Below are positions 37,954-48,171 of a DNA stretch of 64,000 nucleotides, piece after piece (the first letter of the stretch is position 1; each line of letters starts with the position of its first letter). The stretch lies in assembly GCA_965214605.1 (NCBI GenBank), contig OZ243961.1:1248001-1312000 (forward strand). The letters are read 5' to 3'. Position numbers and translations under genes: made by a program. Source of the stretch: an uncultured Candidatus Binatia bacterium. Lineage in GTDB: Bacteria; Desulfobacterota; Binatia; Bin18. The notes beneath the pieces were generated by a model. It was not told where the DNA came from and searched no databases. It saw only the letters and a program-made list of their open reading frames with translations.

Positions 37954-37982
37954 GCCCACCCGGGTTCAGGTGGGCTTTTTTC
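37954..37982 (+). terminator. Intrinsic terminator
   Basis: GCCCACC / GGTGGGC stem followed by a T-tract. Confidence 0.75.
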
Positions 37983-38799
37983 GGCCTCGCTGCACGCCCG
38001 AGTCTTCCTGCTTCCGCCAGTACCACAAAAACTCTTTATTGCCCTTGGCGCCAAGGACCGGCGATTCAATCAGCCCCCTGGGCGCCAGTCCCCAATCTAC
38101 GGCTTGGGCCTGCAGTCGGTTCACGACCTCCGTGTGTAGAGCTGGATCTCGAACGATCCCGCCCTTCCCGACCCTGCCCCTCCCGACCTCGAACTGGGGC
38201 TTAATCAGCGCGATGCCGCATCCGCCTGGCGCGAGCAGCGTGATGACTGCCGGGATAACAGTCGTGAGCGAGATGAACGAGACATCAATGACGCTCAGAC
38301 TGGGCTGGACACGCAGGAGAGCCGGGTCAAGGGTACGGATATTTTGGCGCTCAATAGTCACGACCCGTGGATCTTGGCGCAGCGACCAGGCTAGCTGCCC
38401 ATAGCCGACGTCAACGGCAAAAACCCGCGCCGCGCCGTTCTGCAGCAAGCAATCGGTGAATCCGCCGGTCGAGGCACCGACGTCAAGAGCGGTCCGTCCC
38501 GAGACATCCAGGGCAAAGGCTCGCAGCGCGGCTTCCAACTTGAGGCCACCACGGCTGGCATAACGCGGGAGGGCGTGGTCTTTGATGCGGACGCGAGCCG
38601 CGCTATCGACCAGGGTACCAGGCTTGTCGACACGCTGCTCGTTGACCACAACGGCACCGGCCATGATGAGCCGCCGGGCTTGCTCACGGCTGGGGGTCAG
38701 GCCGCGGTGAGCGATGAGCACGTCGAGGCGTTCGCGCCGGGATGCGTATTTGTGAGCAGACACAATGTGGACAAAGAGGTAAAGAGCGCTATCCGTCAC
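37966..38799 (-). CDS. tlyA: TlyA family rRNA 2'-O-methyltransferase
   Basis: RLDVL S4 domain, YASRGGLKL, DVGASTGGFTD, DVSFISL, LIKPQFE; start uncertain. Confidence 0.95.
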   Translation of the reverse strand: MTDSALYLFVHIVSAHKYASRRERLDVLIAHRGLTPSREQARRLIMAGAVVVNEQRVDKPGTLVDSAARVRIKDHALPRYASRGGLKLEAALRAFALDVSGRTALDVGASTGGFTDCLLQNGAARVFAVDVGYGQLAWSLRQDPRVVTIERQNIRTLDPALLRVQPSLSVIDVSFISLTTVIPAVITLLAPGGCGIALIKPQFEVGRGRVGKGGIVRDPALHTEVVNRLQAQAVDWGLAPRGLIESPVLGAKGNKEFLWYWRKQEDSGVQRGRKKPT

Positions 38800-39701
38800 G
38801 TCTGGACAGGTACAGCTCGGTCGACGATCAGGTGACAGATCTGACGCAGCGGTTCAGCCATAGGCCCAAAGCGATCAAGGGCCGAGAGCGCGTCCTCGTG
38901 CAGCTGACGCGCCAAGCGTTTGGCCTGGTCAAGACCGATGGCGGCCGGATAGGTGGCTTTGTGCAGCTCGGCATCGCGGCCCTCGCGTTTGCCTGTTTTT
39001 TCTGTGCCGCCTTCGATATCCAGAATATCGTCCGTCACCTGAAAGACTAGGCCGATCGCTGTCCCATAGTGGTCCAAACTTTCGTATTGGCGTGGGGTGG
39101 CTCCGCCCAACAGCCCTCCAACTCGGACCGCGGCACGAATCATCGCTCCGGTTTTTCTGGTATGAATCGCCTCAACGACAGCACGGGTCGGTTTTTTCCT
39201 TTCAGCCTCAAGGTCTAGCACCTGTCCGCCCACCATGCCGCCGGCACCGGCCGCAGAAGCGACCTCGCGCAGCGCCTGAAGCGCCGCCTGCCCCCTCCGA
39301 GGGACGGCGAGCGCGCCTTCGGCCATCACCCGAAAAGCCTCGGTCAGGAGCCCGTCACCGGCCAAGATCGCCATGCCTTCGCCAAACACCACGTGACTAG
39401 TCGGTTTGCCACGCCGCAGGTCATCGTCATCCATGGCCGGCAGATCGTCGTGGATTAAAGAATAGGCGTGGATCATCTCCAGGCCGCACGCAAACGGCAG
39501 GACCGGTTCGAGTTGAGCACCGAGCGCCTCGGCACTGGCCAGGGCTAATATCGGACGAATACGCTTGCCGCCGGAGAACAGGCTGTAGCGCATGGCGCGG
39601 TCCAACGCCTGGGGCGGTTTCCCAGCGGACGGAGCAAGAACGGCTCTAAGCGTCCGGTCAACCAGTCGCTGGCGTTCTTTCATGTAATGAGCCAGATTCA
39701 T
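38796..39701 (-). CDS. ispA: Farnesyl/geranylgeranyl diphosphate synthase
   Basis: GGKRIRP, HAYSLIHDDLPAMDDDDLRRG, FQVTDDILD. Confidence 0.95.
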   Translation of the reverse strand: MNLAHYMKERQRLVDRTLRAVLAPSAGKPPQALDRAMRYSLFSGGKRIRPILALASAEALGAQLEPVLPFACGLEMIHAYSLIHDDLPAMDDDDLRRGKPTSHVVFGEGMAILAGDGLLTEAFRVMAEGALAVPRRGQAALQALREVASAAGAGGMVGGQVLDLEAERKKPTRAVVEAIHTRKTGAMIRAAVRVGGLLGGATPRQYESLDHYGTAIGLVFQVTDDILDIEGGTEKTGKREGRDAELHKATYPAAIGLDQAKRLARQLHEDALSALDRFGPMAEPLRQICHLIVDRAVPVQT

Positions 39702-39952
39702 CAGTCCTCGTTCTCTTCTTGGTCTTCGGTGGGCACGGATTGGAGCTGGAACACGCCGTCCTGATTGCGGCTCAGCACCTCAAGGCGCTTCTCAACCTCG
39801 GCCAGCTTCTCGCCCAGATGGCGGACCAGACCGGCTCCTTCCTCAAAAGCCCCCAGGGCGTCCTCAAGCGACAGATCTCCGGTTTCCATTCGCTCCACAA
39901 TCCCTTCCAAATCGTGCAGCCCGGCCTCAAACGTTTTTGGCGGCTCTTTCAC
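39701..39952 (-). CDS. xseB: Exodeoxyribonuclease VII small subunit
   Basis: TFEAGL..LE.IVE.ME.GDLSLE..L..FEEG. Confidence 0.93.
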   Translation of the reverse strand: MKEPPKTFEAGLHDLEGIVERMETGDLSLEDALGAFEEGAGLVRHLGEKLAEVEKRLEVLSRNQDGVFQLQSVPTEDQEENED

Positions 39953-39956
39953 CCCG

Positions 39957-41198
39957 CTAGTCCCCCTTCTGCGTCTGCTCTATGCGGGCAATCGCTTCTC
40001 CTGTGGCAAACATCAGGCGGACACGATCGCCGGGCCTGACCTGTCGAGCGTCAACAACCACTCTCCCCGAGGGAATCGTCCGCGTGAGACTATAACCTCG
40101 GCCTAAGACCGCCAAGGGGCTCAGGCTGCTCAAGGCGGTGCTCAGCTCTTGGAGCCGGGCCTGGGCTCGCTCGCTCCGGCGTTGGAACGCGCCCCGCAAG
40201 CGCACGGCCAAGGCCTGGAGCTGATTGTGTCGGACACCGAGGTCGTGGTGTGGATCGCGGATACGTTGGCGCAAACTTAACACCGCCTGACGCCGCAAGC
40301 TAATGTGGCGCTGCATAGCCATGACTAAGGCCTGCGCCTGGACGCTGATGTGGGCTTGCAACTCGTCCCAGCGTGGCATCACTATCTCGGCCGCAGCGGT
40401 CGGGGTCGGGGCACGCCTATCGGCAACCAAATCAGCGATACTGAGATCAATTTCGTGTCCCACCGCCGCCACTACCGGGATCTCAGAGGCGGCAATGGCG
40501 CGGGCCACCACCTCGTCATTAAAGGCGCTCAGATCCTCCCGTGATCCGCCACCCCGCCCGACAATGATGACCTCGGCCTGGGCGTGCTCATTCAGATCTT
40601 GGATACCGGCCGCAATCTCGGCCCCTGCTCCGGCTCCCTGAACCTTTGTTGGCCGGAGTAGGACGTGGGTGTGCGGACAGCGCTGGTAGACAATAGTCAA
40701 AATATCGTGAATAGCGGCTCCGGCCTGGGCGGTGACCACCCCTACGTGGCGCGGAAAAAACGGCAGGGGTTTTTTCCGCGCCGCGGCAAACAGTCCTTCT
40801 GCCGCCAGAGCGGCCTTCAGCTGTTCAAACGCCAGCTGTTGCGCTCCAACTCCGCGTGGCTCCATAATTGAGGCGTACAGCTGCATATCGCCACGCGCCG
40901 GATACAACCCGATACGCCCCCGAATAATGACCTCTAAACCGTCTTCGGGCCGAAAACGTAGCAGTCCGGCCTGGCCTCGGAACATGACGCAGCGCAGCTG
41001 GCTGGTCTTATCCTTGAGGGTGAAATACTTATGGCCCGAGGACGGGCTGCGCAGCCCCGAGATTTCTCCTGCCACCCACACCTCATTAAAGTCAGCTTCC
41101 AACACGTTCTGGATCTGGGATGTCAGCTCGGACACAGACAGGATGGGGGCGTGAGACTGCCGGTCAGCCCAACCGCGGGGCGTCGCAGAAATTGCCAT
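39957..41198 (-). CDS. xseA: Exodeoxyribonuclease VII large subunit
   Basis: VWVAGEIS..SSGH.YFTLKD, GRGGGS.EDL..FN, VGHE.D...ADRRAPTPTAAAE. Confidence 0.96.
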   Translation of the reverse strand: MAISATPRGWADRQSHAPILSVSELTSQIQNVLEADFNEVWVAGEISGLRSPSSGHKYFTLKDKTSQLRCVMFRGQAGLLRFRPEDGLEVIIRGRIGLYPARGDMQLYASIMEPRGVGAQQLAFEQLKAALAAEGLFAAARKKPLPFFPRHVGVVTAQAGAAIHDILTIVYQRCPHTHVLLRPTKVQGAGAGAEIAAGIQDLNEHAQAEVIIVGRGGGSREDLSAFNDEVVARAIAASEIPVVAAVGHEIDLSIADLVADRRAPTPTAAAEIVMPRWDELQAHISVQAQALVMAMQRHISLRRQAVLSLRQRIRDPHHDLGVRHNQLQALAVRLRGAFQRRSERAQARLQELSTALSSLSPLAVLGRGYSLTRTIPSGRVVVDARQVRPGDRVRLMFATGEAIARIEQTQKGD

Positions 41199-41205
41199 CG
41201 ACCGC

Positions 41206-42615
41206 TTACTCTTGCCCGCCTAGGGCCTCAACGGCAGCAACGGTTGTCTTGGGCATGCCCTGCCAAGATTTGAGCAGGTCCAGGGCTTTATCAAGCTGCG
41301 GATCTTTGCCCAGCTCGCCCTCTTTGATTGCTTCCTGAGCCGCCGAAGCATCGGTCGTCGGAGACGGCAGAGGGGTGGCCTCATCCGGTACCTTAATATT
41401 TTGGATCGGGGTTGGCACTGTTTCTTGGGGCGCAGTACTGTCAAAGTGACCACGCAGATTTTCCTCTCGAATATCCCGGAGCCGCCGGGTGGCGGCGACT
41501 TGATCGGGCAGGACATTCTCAACGATATAGTCGGGTTTGACGCCGGTAACCTGAATCGAACGGCCGTTCGGCGTATAATACATAGCGGTGGTCAGACGCA
41601 GGGCAGCACCGTTTTCTAGGGGCAAAATGGTCTGGACCGACCCCTTGCCAAAGGTCTGGGTGCCTATGATTACCGCCCGATCGTGGTCTTGGACGGCGCC
41701 GGCCACAATCTCGGACGCGCTAGCACTCCCGTTATTGACCAGCACGACCAGGGGCAGTTCGGTATGTCCGCCAGAGCGAGCGATATACCTCTGCTGCTGG
41801 TTATCGAGCCGGCCTTTGGTATACACGATCATACCGCTGTCGAGAAAGACATCGGCCACCTTGACCGCCTGACTCAGCAGTCCTCCGGGATTGCTGCGCA
41901 AGTCGAGCACGAGTCCTTTGAGTCCCTGACTGTCCTGGCTGAAGCGAGCGATCGCGTCTTCAAGATCGGCCGTGGTCCGGTCCTGAAACTGGGTTAGGCG
42001 GACATAGCCATAGCCCGGCTCTAAGAGTTTTGATTTAACACTCTTGATTTTGATCACCTCACGGATCAGCGAAATATCAATAAAGCGGTCGACCCCTTCG
42101 CGTCGCACGGAAATCGTCACCTGACTGCCCTGCGGGCCACGCATCTGCTTGACCGCCTCGAGCAGGGTCATGTCTTTGGTCAGTTCTCCGTCGATCTTGA
42201 TGATTTGGTCCCCGGCTTTAACCCCGGCACGATGGGCCGGGGTATCCTCAATCGGGGAGACCACGGTCAGCAGACCGTCACGCAGCGTAATCTCAATGCC
42301 TAATCCGCCAAAACTGCCCTCGGTGTCAACCTGTAACTCACGGTATAAATCGGGAGTGAGATAGGCACTGTGGGGGTCGAGGGCACTCAACATGCCGTCA
42401 ATCGCCCCCTCGACCAGTTGGTTGGTTTTCACCTCTTGGACATAGTTTTTCTGCACGATGGCCAGCACATTGGAGAACGACTCCAGGCCTTCATAATCCT
42501 CGCGCCCAACAGCCGCAACACGGTTGAGACCGTGGCTGCCGAGCAACACTGTTCCAACACCGAGCGTCGTGATAAGCAGGCTGACAACGATCCTTTTTCG
42601 CCAGTCGTGTATCAT
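41206..42615 (-). CDS. ctpA: S41 carboxyl-terminal processing protease
   Basis: LDPHS, PDZ FGGLGI, LDLRSNPGGLL, SASASEIVAG, TFGKGSVQ. Confidence 0.93.
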   Translation of the reverse strand: MIHDWRKRIVVSLLITTLGVGTVLLGSHGLNRVAAVGREDYEGLESFSNVLAIVQKNYVQEVKTNQLVEGAIDGMLSALDPHSAYLTPDLYRELQVDTEGSFGGLGIEITLRDGLLTVVSPIEDTPAHRAGVKAGDQIIKIDGELTKDMTLLEAVKQMRGPQGSQVTISVRREGVDRFIDISLIREVIKIKSVKSKLLEPGYGYVRLTQFQDRTTADLEDAIARFSQDSQGLKGLVLDLRSNPGGLLSQAVKVADVFLDSGMIVYTKGRLDNQQQRYIARSGGHTELPLVVLVNNGSASASEIVAGAVQDHDRAVIIGTQTFGKGSVQTILPLENGAALRLTTAMYYTPNGRSIQVTGVKPDYIVENVLPDQVAATRRLRDIREENLRGHFDSTAPQETVPTPIQNIKVPDEATPLPSPTTDASAAQEAIKEGELGKDPQLDKALDLLKSWQGMPKTTVAAVEALGGQE

Positions 42616-42765
42616 GCGTGCCCCTTTCTCAGTCCACCCTTTCCAGATCCTTGTCCTCACAGACTGAGGTCTCCATGAGCATAGCATACTCATCGGACGC
42701 CGGTATAGAGCTGTGGGAGAGCAGGACAGGCCCGCCATGGCTGCACGGACAAGGTTCAGAGATCG

Positions 42766-43332
42766 CTACGGCCGCAGCGGCATCTGTTCGCCGGGCGTGC
42801 CAGCACCCGTCGGCGGTATCCAGACTCCGTGCTGAATGAGTCCCAGGACGGCGGCGATAGACTCAGGACTAGCCCAATTGTTGTAGCCGATGTGGTGGTG
42901 CACAATCATGCCTTGGCGATCAATCAGAAAGGTTTCAGGATAGCCGGTCACCCCATATTTCTTACCAACTTCTCCACGTACGTCTAACAAGACCGGGAAG
43001 GTATAGCCGCCTTCGGTCAGATACGCTAACACCGTGTTCTGACCATCTACGTCTTGGCTGATAGCCAGCATCATAAAATCTTCACCCTGGAGCTGGCGGT
43101 AGAGCGTTTGCATGGTCGGCATTTCTTTCCGACACGGCGGACACCAGGTTGCCCACACATTGAGAAAAACGACCTTGCCCTTCAGCTGTGACAAACGCAC
43201 GACTTGGCCGTGGATGTCAGGCAACACAAAATCTTCGGCAACTTTCGGTAAATTCGACCCAGAGGGCATGAGGGTGAGCAGGACAAATCCACCTCCCAGC
43301 ACGACCAAGCCAAGGACGAGCCATTTTCTCAT
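42766..43332 (-). CDS. TlpA/ResA thiol-disulfide oxidoreductase
   Basis: N-terminal TM, NVWATWCPPCRKEMP, YPETFLID. Confidence 0.9.
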   Translation of the reverse strand: MRKWLVLGLVVLGGGFVLLTLMPSGSNLPKVAEDFVLPDIHGQVVRLSQLKGKVVFLNVWATWCPPCRKEMPTMQTLYRQLQGEDFMMLAISQDVDGQNTVLAYLTEGGYTFPVLLDVRGEVGKKYGVTGYPETFLIDRQGMIVHHHIGYNNWASPESIAAVLGLIQHGVWIPPTGAGTPGEQMPLRP

Positions 43333-43343
43333 CCAGCATTCTC

Positions 43344-44102
43344 CTAGCGGGCGGCGCCAGCAGATCTGAGCAGCATACAGGCACCAAAGGCAACCAAGGG
43401 GATACTTATCACCTGGGCTAGAGAAAGTCCAAACAGTAATCCGGGGTTGATACGGACAAATTCCAGCCCAAAACGGGCCAGTCCGGCCAAAACCAAATAC
43501 CCCCAAAATAAGCTGCCGGGCCGATGGACGGTGCTGCGGCGCTGCCACAAAAAGATGAAGATGAGGCAATAGGCGACCAATTCGTAGAGGGGTGTGGGAT
43601 GAACGGCCACCCCCGGTGGATGTGGCCACCCGATAACCGCCTCGCTATACACCACGCCCCAGGGCAAATCGGTCGGGGGGCCCCAGTCGCCGTCGCCGGC
43701 CAGATGGCAGCCCATACGCCCAATACCGTGGCCCAACGCGATGGCCGGAGCAGTAATATCCATCGTCCGCAGCCAGGGCAGCTGATAGCGCCGGATACAC
43801 AGGCTCACCCCGGCAATGCCGCCTAGCAGACCACCGTACCAGATAAATCCGGCACCGGTGAGGATAAGAGCCCACGGATCGGCCACAAATACCGGCCAGG
43901 TATCGAGAATAAACAACAGGCGAGCGCCGACCAGACCGCCCGCGGCCGCCCACAGCACCAAACTCGAGGCTAGGTCTGGATCTCGGCCCTGGCGTTCTAA
44001 CTCCTTTCTGATCACCCAGCCCGCTACCACAAAGCTGAGCGCCATCATCACTCCATAGCTGTAAATGGTCACGGGTCCGAGGCTGAAGAGAATAGGATGC
44101 AT
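43344..44102 (-). CDS. lgt: Prolipoprotein diacylglyceryl transferase
   Basis: MHPILF..YSYG, GARL, WYGG, IGRMGC...GD..G.PT.LPW, HPTPLYE. Confidence 0.92.
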   Translation of the reverse strand: MHPILFSLGPVTIYSYGVMMALSFVVAGWVIRKELERQGRDPDLASSLVLWAAAGGLVGARLLFILDTWPVFVADPWALILTGAGFIWYGGLLGGIAGVSLCIRRYQLPWLRTMDITAPAIALGHGIGRMGCHLAGDGDWGPPTDLPWGVVYSEAVIGWPHPPGVAVHPTPLYELVAYCLIFIFLWQRRSTVHRPGSLFWGYLVLAGLARFGLEFVRINPGLLFGLSLAQVISIPLVAFGACMLLRSAGAAR

Positions 44103-44206
44103 AACCAAATCATAACCAATGGATCGGGGCGATACCAGGCTGGTGTGCTTGTCTCTTGGCTGGGAGTCGGCTAACACTAGGGCGAAGAAGACAGGCCAGG
44201 CATCGT

Positions 44207-44671
44207 ATGCGAGCGGTCATTCAACGGGTGAGTCAAGCCCAGGTTTCGGTAGAAGGGGAGTGCATCGGCCGGATTGAGCACGGTTTAGTCGTCCTATTGG
44301 GCATTCGGGGCGATGACACCCAAGCGCAGGCGGACTATTTAAGCGATAAAATCATCGGGCTGCGTATTTTTTCTGACCAGGCCGGAAAATTCAACCGCTC
44401 GCTGCTCGACGTTGGGGGCGAGTTGCTCATCGTATCGCAGTTCACTTTGTATGGAGATTGTCGCAAGGGCCGCCGGCCGTCGTTTATTTCCGCCGCCGGC
44501 GTTGAGATTGCTCGCCCCCTCTATGAGTATTTTGTTGAACGAGCCCGCAGTCGGAACATCCGGGTTGCCACCGGCCGCTTCCAGGCGAATATGGCGGTTC
44601 AGCTAGTGAACGACGGCCCGGTGACGATCATCCTAGATAGCGACGAGCGCCGGGCCAAGGCTGGCGGCTGA
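44207..44671 (+). CDS. dtd: D-aminoacyl-tRNA deacylase
   Basis: [20 protein letters not shown]. Confidence 0.96.
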   Translation: MRAVIQRVSQAQVSVEGECIGRIEHGLVVLLGIRGDDTQAQADYLSDKIIGLRIFSDQAGKFNRSLLDVGGELLIVSQFTLYGDCRKGRRPSFISAAGVEIARPLYEYFVERARSRNIRVATGRFQANMAVQLVNDGPVTIILDSDERRAKAGG

Positions 44672-44693
44672 CACGCTTATTTGTGAGGGGACT

Positions 44694-45173
44694 ATGCCAA
44701 AGGCTGGATTTTGGGCAATTGACGCCACCCGCAAGATTAGCTTTGGGAAAGACGGCTGGTGGTACGCCAATGACGAACGGATCGAAAACCGTCGCATTAA
44801 CCTGTTGTTCAGCCAACATCTGTGTCGGACTGAAGACGGCCGGTATCAAATTGTTCTGGGTCGGGACACCGCCATGGTTGAGATTGACGATACGCCCTAT
44901 GTTGTGACGGCGCTCGACGGCGATCTCAATCATGGCCTCAGAGTCCGCTTAAACGATACCAGCGAGGAAGCTCTTAGTCCGGACACGCTGTATATCGGAC
45001 CGGACAACGTGGTGTACTGCCGGGTCAAAGGACACGCCCACCTCGCCCGTTTCACCCGTCGGGCTTACTATCAGTTGGCGGCTTACATTCAGGAAGAGCC
45101 CGAGACAAGAGCGTTTGTCCTGCGCCTCAATGATGCCGCCTACCCCATCCCTTTCGTCGACGGCGGCCAATAG
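44694..45173 (+). CDS. DUF1285 family protein
   Basis: DGWWY...I......LF, VEIDDTPYVV, YCRV....ARFTR.AYYQL. Confidence 0.75.
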   Translation: MPKAGFWAIDATRKISFGKDGWWYANDERIENRRINLLFSQHLCRTEDGRYQIVLGRDTAMVEIDDTPYVVTALDGDLNHGLRVRLNDTSEEALSPDTLYIGPDNVVYCRVKGHAHLARFTRRAYYQLAAYIQEEPETRAFVLRLNDAAYPIPFVDGGQ

Positions 45174-45218
45174 TGTTGAGCCCTGGGCAGTCACGATTGG
45201 CCGCCGCCCCACACGCCT

Positions 45219-45671
45219 ATGCACATTGTCTTTGTTGAGCCCGAGATTCCGCCCAACAGCGGCACCACCGCACGTCTGTGTGCGGCGACAAACACGGGCT
45301 TTCATCTGGTCGGCCCCCTTGGCTTCTCTCTTGAAGACCGCTATCTCAAGCGGGCGGGCTTAGACTACTGGCCGTATGTCGAGGTGCAGACGTATACGGA
45401 GTGGAACGAATTTCTCCAGCATCGGCCCGCCGGACGGCTGTTGGCTTTCTCGGCCCGGGCGAGCGAGCCCTACACCCGGGTCAGCTATCGACCCGACGAT
45501 CTGCTAGTTTTTGGCAGTGAGACGCGCGGGCTGCCGGAATCTATTCGGACTGAGCTCGCCCAGTCTCTGTATACGATTCCAATGCCCGGCCAACACGTCC
45601 GCAGTCTGAATCTGTCCAACGCTGCGGCGATCGTGCTGTATGAGGCCCTCCGGCAGTTCGGCCAGGCATAG
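45219..45671 (+). CDS. trmL: tRNA (cytidine/uridine34-2'-O)-methyltransferase
   Basis: PEIPPN.G...RLCA, LKRAGLDYW, FGSETRGLP, RSLNLSN. Confidence 0.95.
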   Translation: MHIVFVEPEIPPNSGTTARLCAATNTGFHLVGPLGFSLEDRYLKRAGLDYWPYVEVQTYTEWNEFLQHRPAGRLLAFSARASEPYTRVSYRPDDLLVFGSETRGLPESIRTELAQSLYTIPMPGQHVRSLNLSNAAAIVLYEALRQFGQA

Positions 45672-46700
45672 CATAGATGAGGGTGCGCCCGCCGAGGTGA
45701 CAAACCCGATTTTTATCGCGTTTGACGCCACGCCGGCCGATCAAGCCTTGATGGCAACTCGGATTAACACCCGCGGGAAGACCCCCTGCTACCACAACAA
45801 CGCCGGCATTGCCTCGGCCTTTGCCCGGCCGGCCTATGGCAAGCTTGAGACTGACGGCGTGCCAGCCCAGATCCCCCTTATACACGGTGGCCGGCCCGTC
45901 CCGGCAAGGCTTCCGACAGCCTGAATTCTATGGACTGTGACTGTAGTGAGCATTGCCGCCTCGGGCATAGAGATGTCATTTTCTTCAAACACGGGTATGG
46001 CCGACTACCTGCTCATTGCCCACAAACACCGTCAAGCCAAGTCAGACGCTGCGCCCGAAACGGCCCGCTTCATCTCCCTCAAACACCGCTCGCAGGGCTT
46101 CGCCTGCGCCGGTGAACTCTCCAGAAGCATCTCCGCCGCCATCATCCGGCGTTTTGAGGACAGCCCCTGCGGTGACACACGCCTGACGATCGGAGATGAA
46201 CCGGTTAAGGAGATGTTGACCGCTCCATGCCTCACCACCGATGGTGGGCAGTGGGGAACAGTTCGGCGGTTGGATTCTGTGCGTAAACCGCCTACGCCCT
46301 TGCTCACTCGCAGCTCTGGCTGCCGTCCACTACCCTATATCACTCCAACTCCCAACCGCTCGCCGTTGTTATCACTGAGGAGGCAAGCGTAGGCGGTCGA
46401 GCATAACAGCACCTCAGTGTTGGCGACACACGTTTTGCTCCTACCTTTAGGGCAGCTCGGCACTCGGCCTGCAGTCCCATGAGTGGAAGCCAATCGTCAA
46501 CATGCCGGACGTGGGACAACACCGATACGAGCAGCGGAGACCCCGCCCGTCCTATACTTCCGCGCCTGCTCGACCGCCGCGTCGTGTGTAACCTGAGCGG
46601 TTTTACCGATCACCTTTGCACTAAGGACGCGCAGCGTTGGCCGATAAGCCCACAGACAGCTCTGACGCTCGGCCAAGGCGGCTCCAGAGGCGCCTTGGCC
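45672..46700 (+). pseudogene. Decayed type IIG-like restriction-modification (N6-adenine MTase) gene fragment
   Basis: Broken frames EGAPAEVTNP.F.AFDAT...CYHNNAGIASAF, SFSSNTGMADYLLIAHK and LDRRVVCNL.GF resemble the C-terminal half of fused R-M enzymes; recognition from memory. Confidence 0.6.
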
Positions 46701-47154
46701 TGATCCCCAACCGCTCTATGGAGCGATTTTTCGCAGGTGGAATCGGCTCCGTCCTCGACCTAGTCAACGAAGACCATATCGCCACAGCCCTTGAACTGGC
46801 TGGCGAGGACCCCAAGACCAACGAGCACTATAGGCTGTCCTACAGCGTTAGGTATCGCATTCGGTCTGTCGACGTTCTATAAGGCACTCTCTAGACAGAT
46901 TGCCTAGCTGTGGTTGCTGGCTTTGGGGCTACGGTGTTCGGCATGAGCGGGAGGAGTAGCCATGAATGAGCCTTTCACGGACCCCCATTCGGACAAAGCT
47001 GGTGAACGCCTTTCGGACTCCCCACCGTGTAGTTGTTCTCCGGGGGGCATTGCCAGACGGACCAGCCTCTTCCTGGAGGAAGTGTAACCCTAATATCTGT
47101 CCATCCGTAGATACTTTTTCGAGCGCACGGCACTCTGATCTATATTTAATAACC

Positions 47155-47520
47155 TCACGTCAATGTCCCCCCACAGGCAACCTTTCGGCCGGCATCCACG
47201 AACCGGCTCAAAAACCGCCGGTTGCGGGCCATAAGAAGGCCGCCGGCCAGGCGAGGATAGCCAGGCCCGGCGAGCACGCACAGGCTGACCGGCCGGCCGC
47301 CAGCGTCTCGCCGGCTGGCGTAATCACAGGCCCGTCTGCAGCGCTGCGCCAGCTCATCTGTCATGGGCGGCCGTGGGGCGTCCGGGTAGGCTACCGCGCG
47401 GATGGCATCAGCCCTATCGTGTCGCTTGACCCAAGCGGCACGGCGGCGGCAGAAGCCTCATGTCCCGTCCCACAGCAGCCAGTAATCGGCACAGCGATCA
47501 GCGGTCAGCGGTCTCCGCAA
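47155..47520 (-). pseudogene. DCC1/DUF393-like thiol-disulfide oxidoreductase with in-frame TGA at the first Cys (UxxC) and a SECIS-like hairpin; internally damaged
   Basis: YWLLWDGT*GFCRRRAAWVKRHD...PPMTDELAQRC...ARNRRFLSRF in one frame; TGA at 47458-47460. Confidence 0.7.
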
Positions 47521-48004
47521 GCAGGTCCATCCGCTTGAGCTCAGCCAAGATATTGGCCCGGTGGCTCGCCGCCCAATAAATTCGCTTGCACCTGGGACAA
47601 CGACGAAAGGCAGATTGGGTAGACCACACATAGTTCGGGACAAGAGTCTGGACTTCAGCCTTGGGGACCGCCTGCAGGGCTTGATTACATTCCACACAGC
47701 GGCTCAATAAGGCACCCGTGACGTCGAGCTGGAGCGTCTCAACAACCTGTTTGAGCTGCTGCCGAAAATGGTCGGGCTCAATAAAGACGCAGGCTGAAAC
47801 GCCTTTGGCACGGAGAAGACGGGTATTGCGCGTCAGGATCATGCGTCCTTGGCGCCGGCCTGCGTCGAGCAGGCCAGCCGGTGTCAGTTGCGGCAAATAG
47901 AGTGTGTCATAGCCTAAGATGCGGAGCCAGCGGGCGAGTTTACCGACCGTGCGATCAGCCAGAAATTGTATAGACTGAGGAGAGTGACGTGGAAGATGCG
48001 ACAT
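47498..48004 (-). CDS. Mut7-C RNase domain protein (PIN-like plus zinc ribbon)
   Basis: FLAD..VGKLARWLRILGYDT, SRCVECN, CPRCKRIYW..SH. Confidence 0.9.
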   Translation of the reverse strand: MSHLPRHSPQSIQFLADRTVGKLARWLRILGYDTLYLPQLTPAGLLDAGRRQGRMILTRNTRLLRAKGVSACVFIEPDHFRQQLKQVVETLQLDVTGALLSRCVECNQALQAVPKAEVQTLVPNYVWSTQSAFRRCPRCKRIYWAASHRANILAELKRMDLLAETADR

Positions 48005-48171
48005 AATACCGACCGAAAGGCCGACCAACAGCCCGACAGATGTTCGGGTTTCAGACTAGGCGAACAGCCACGAGCTGACAAGCGTCAGCGTCCTTTTTAT
48101 GAGGGCGCTGATCGTGCTAAACGCAACGCAAAACGTAGGGGGAAAAGCATCGGGCCCACCAAGGAGAATTT

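Noticed and set aside
47155-47364. IS5-type transposase fragment (GRPVSL.VLAG)
   Set aside because: Better explained as the C-terminal part of the DCC1-like gene; no terminal inverted repeats seen.
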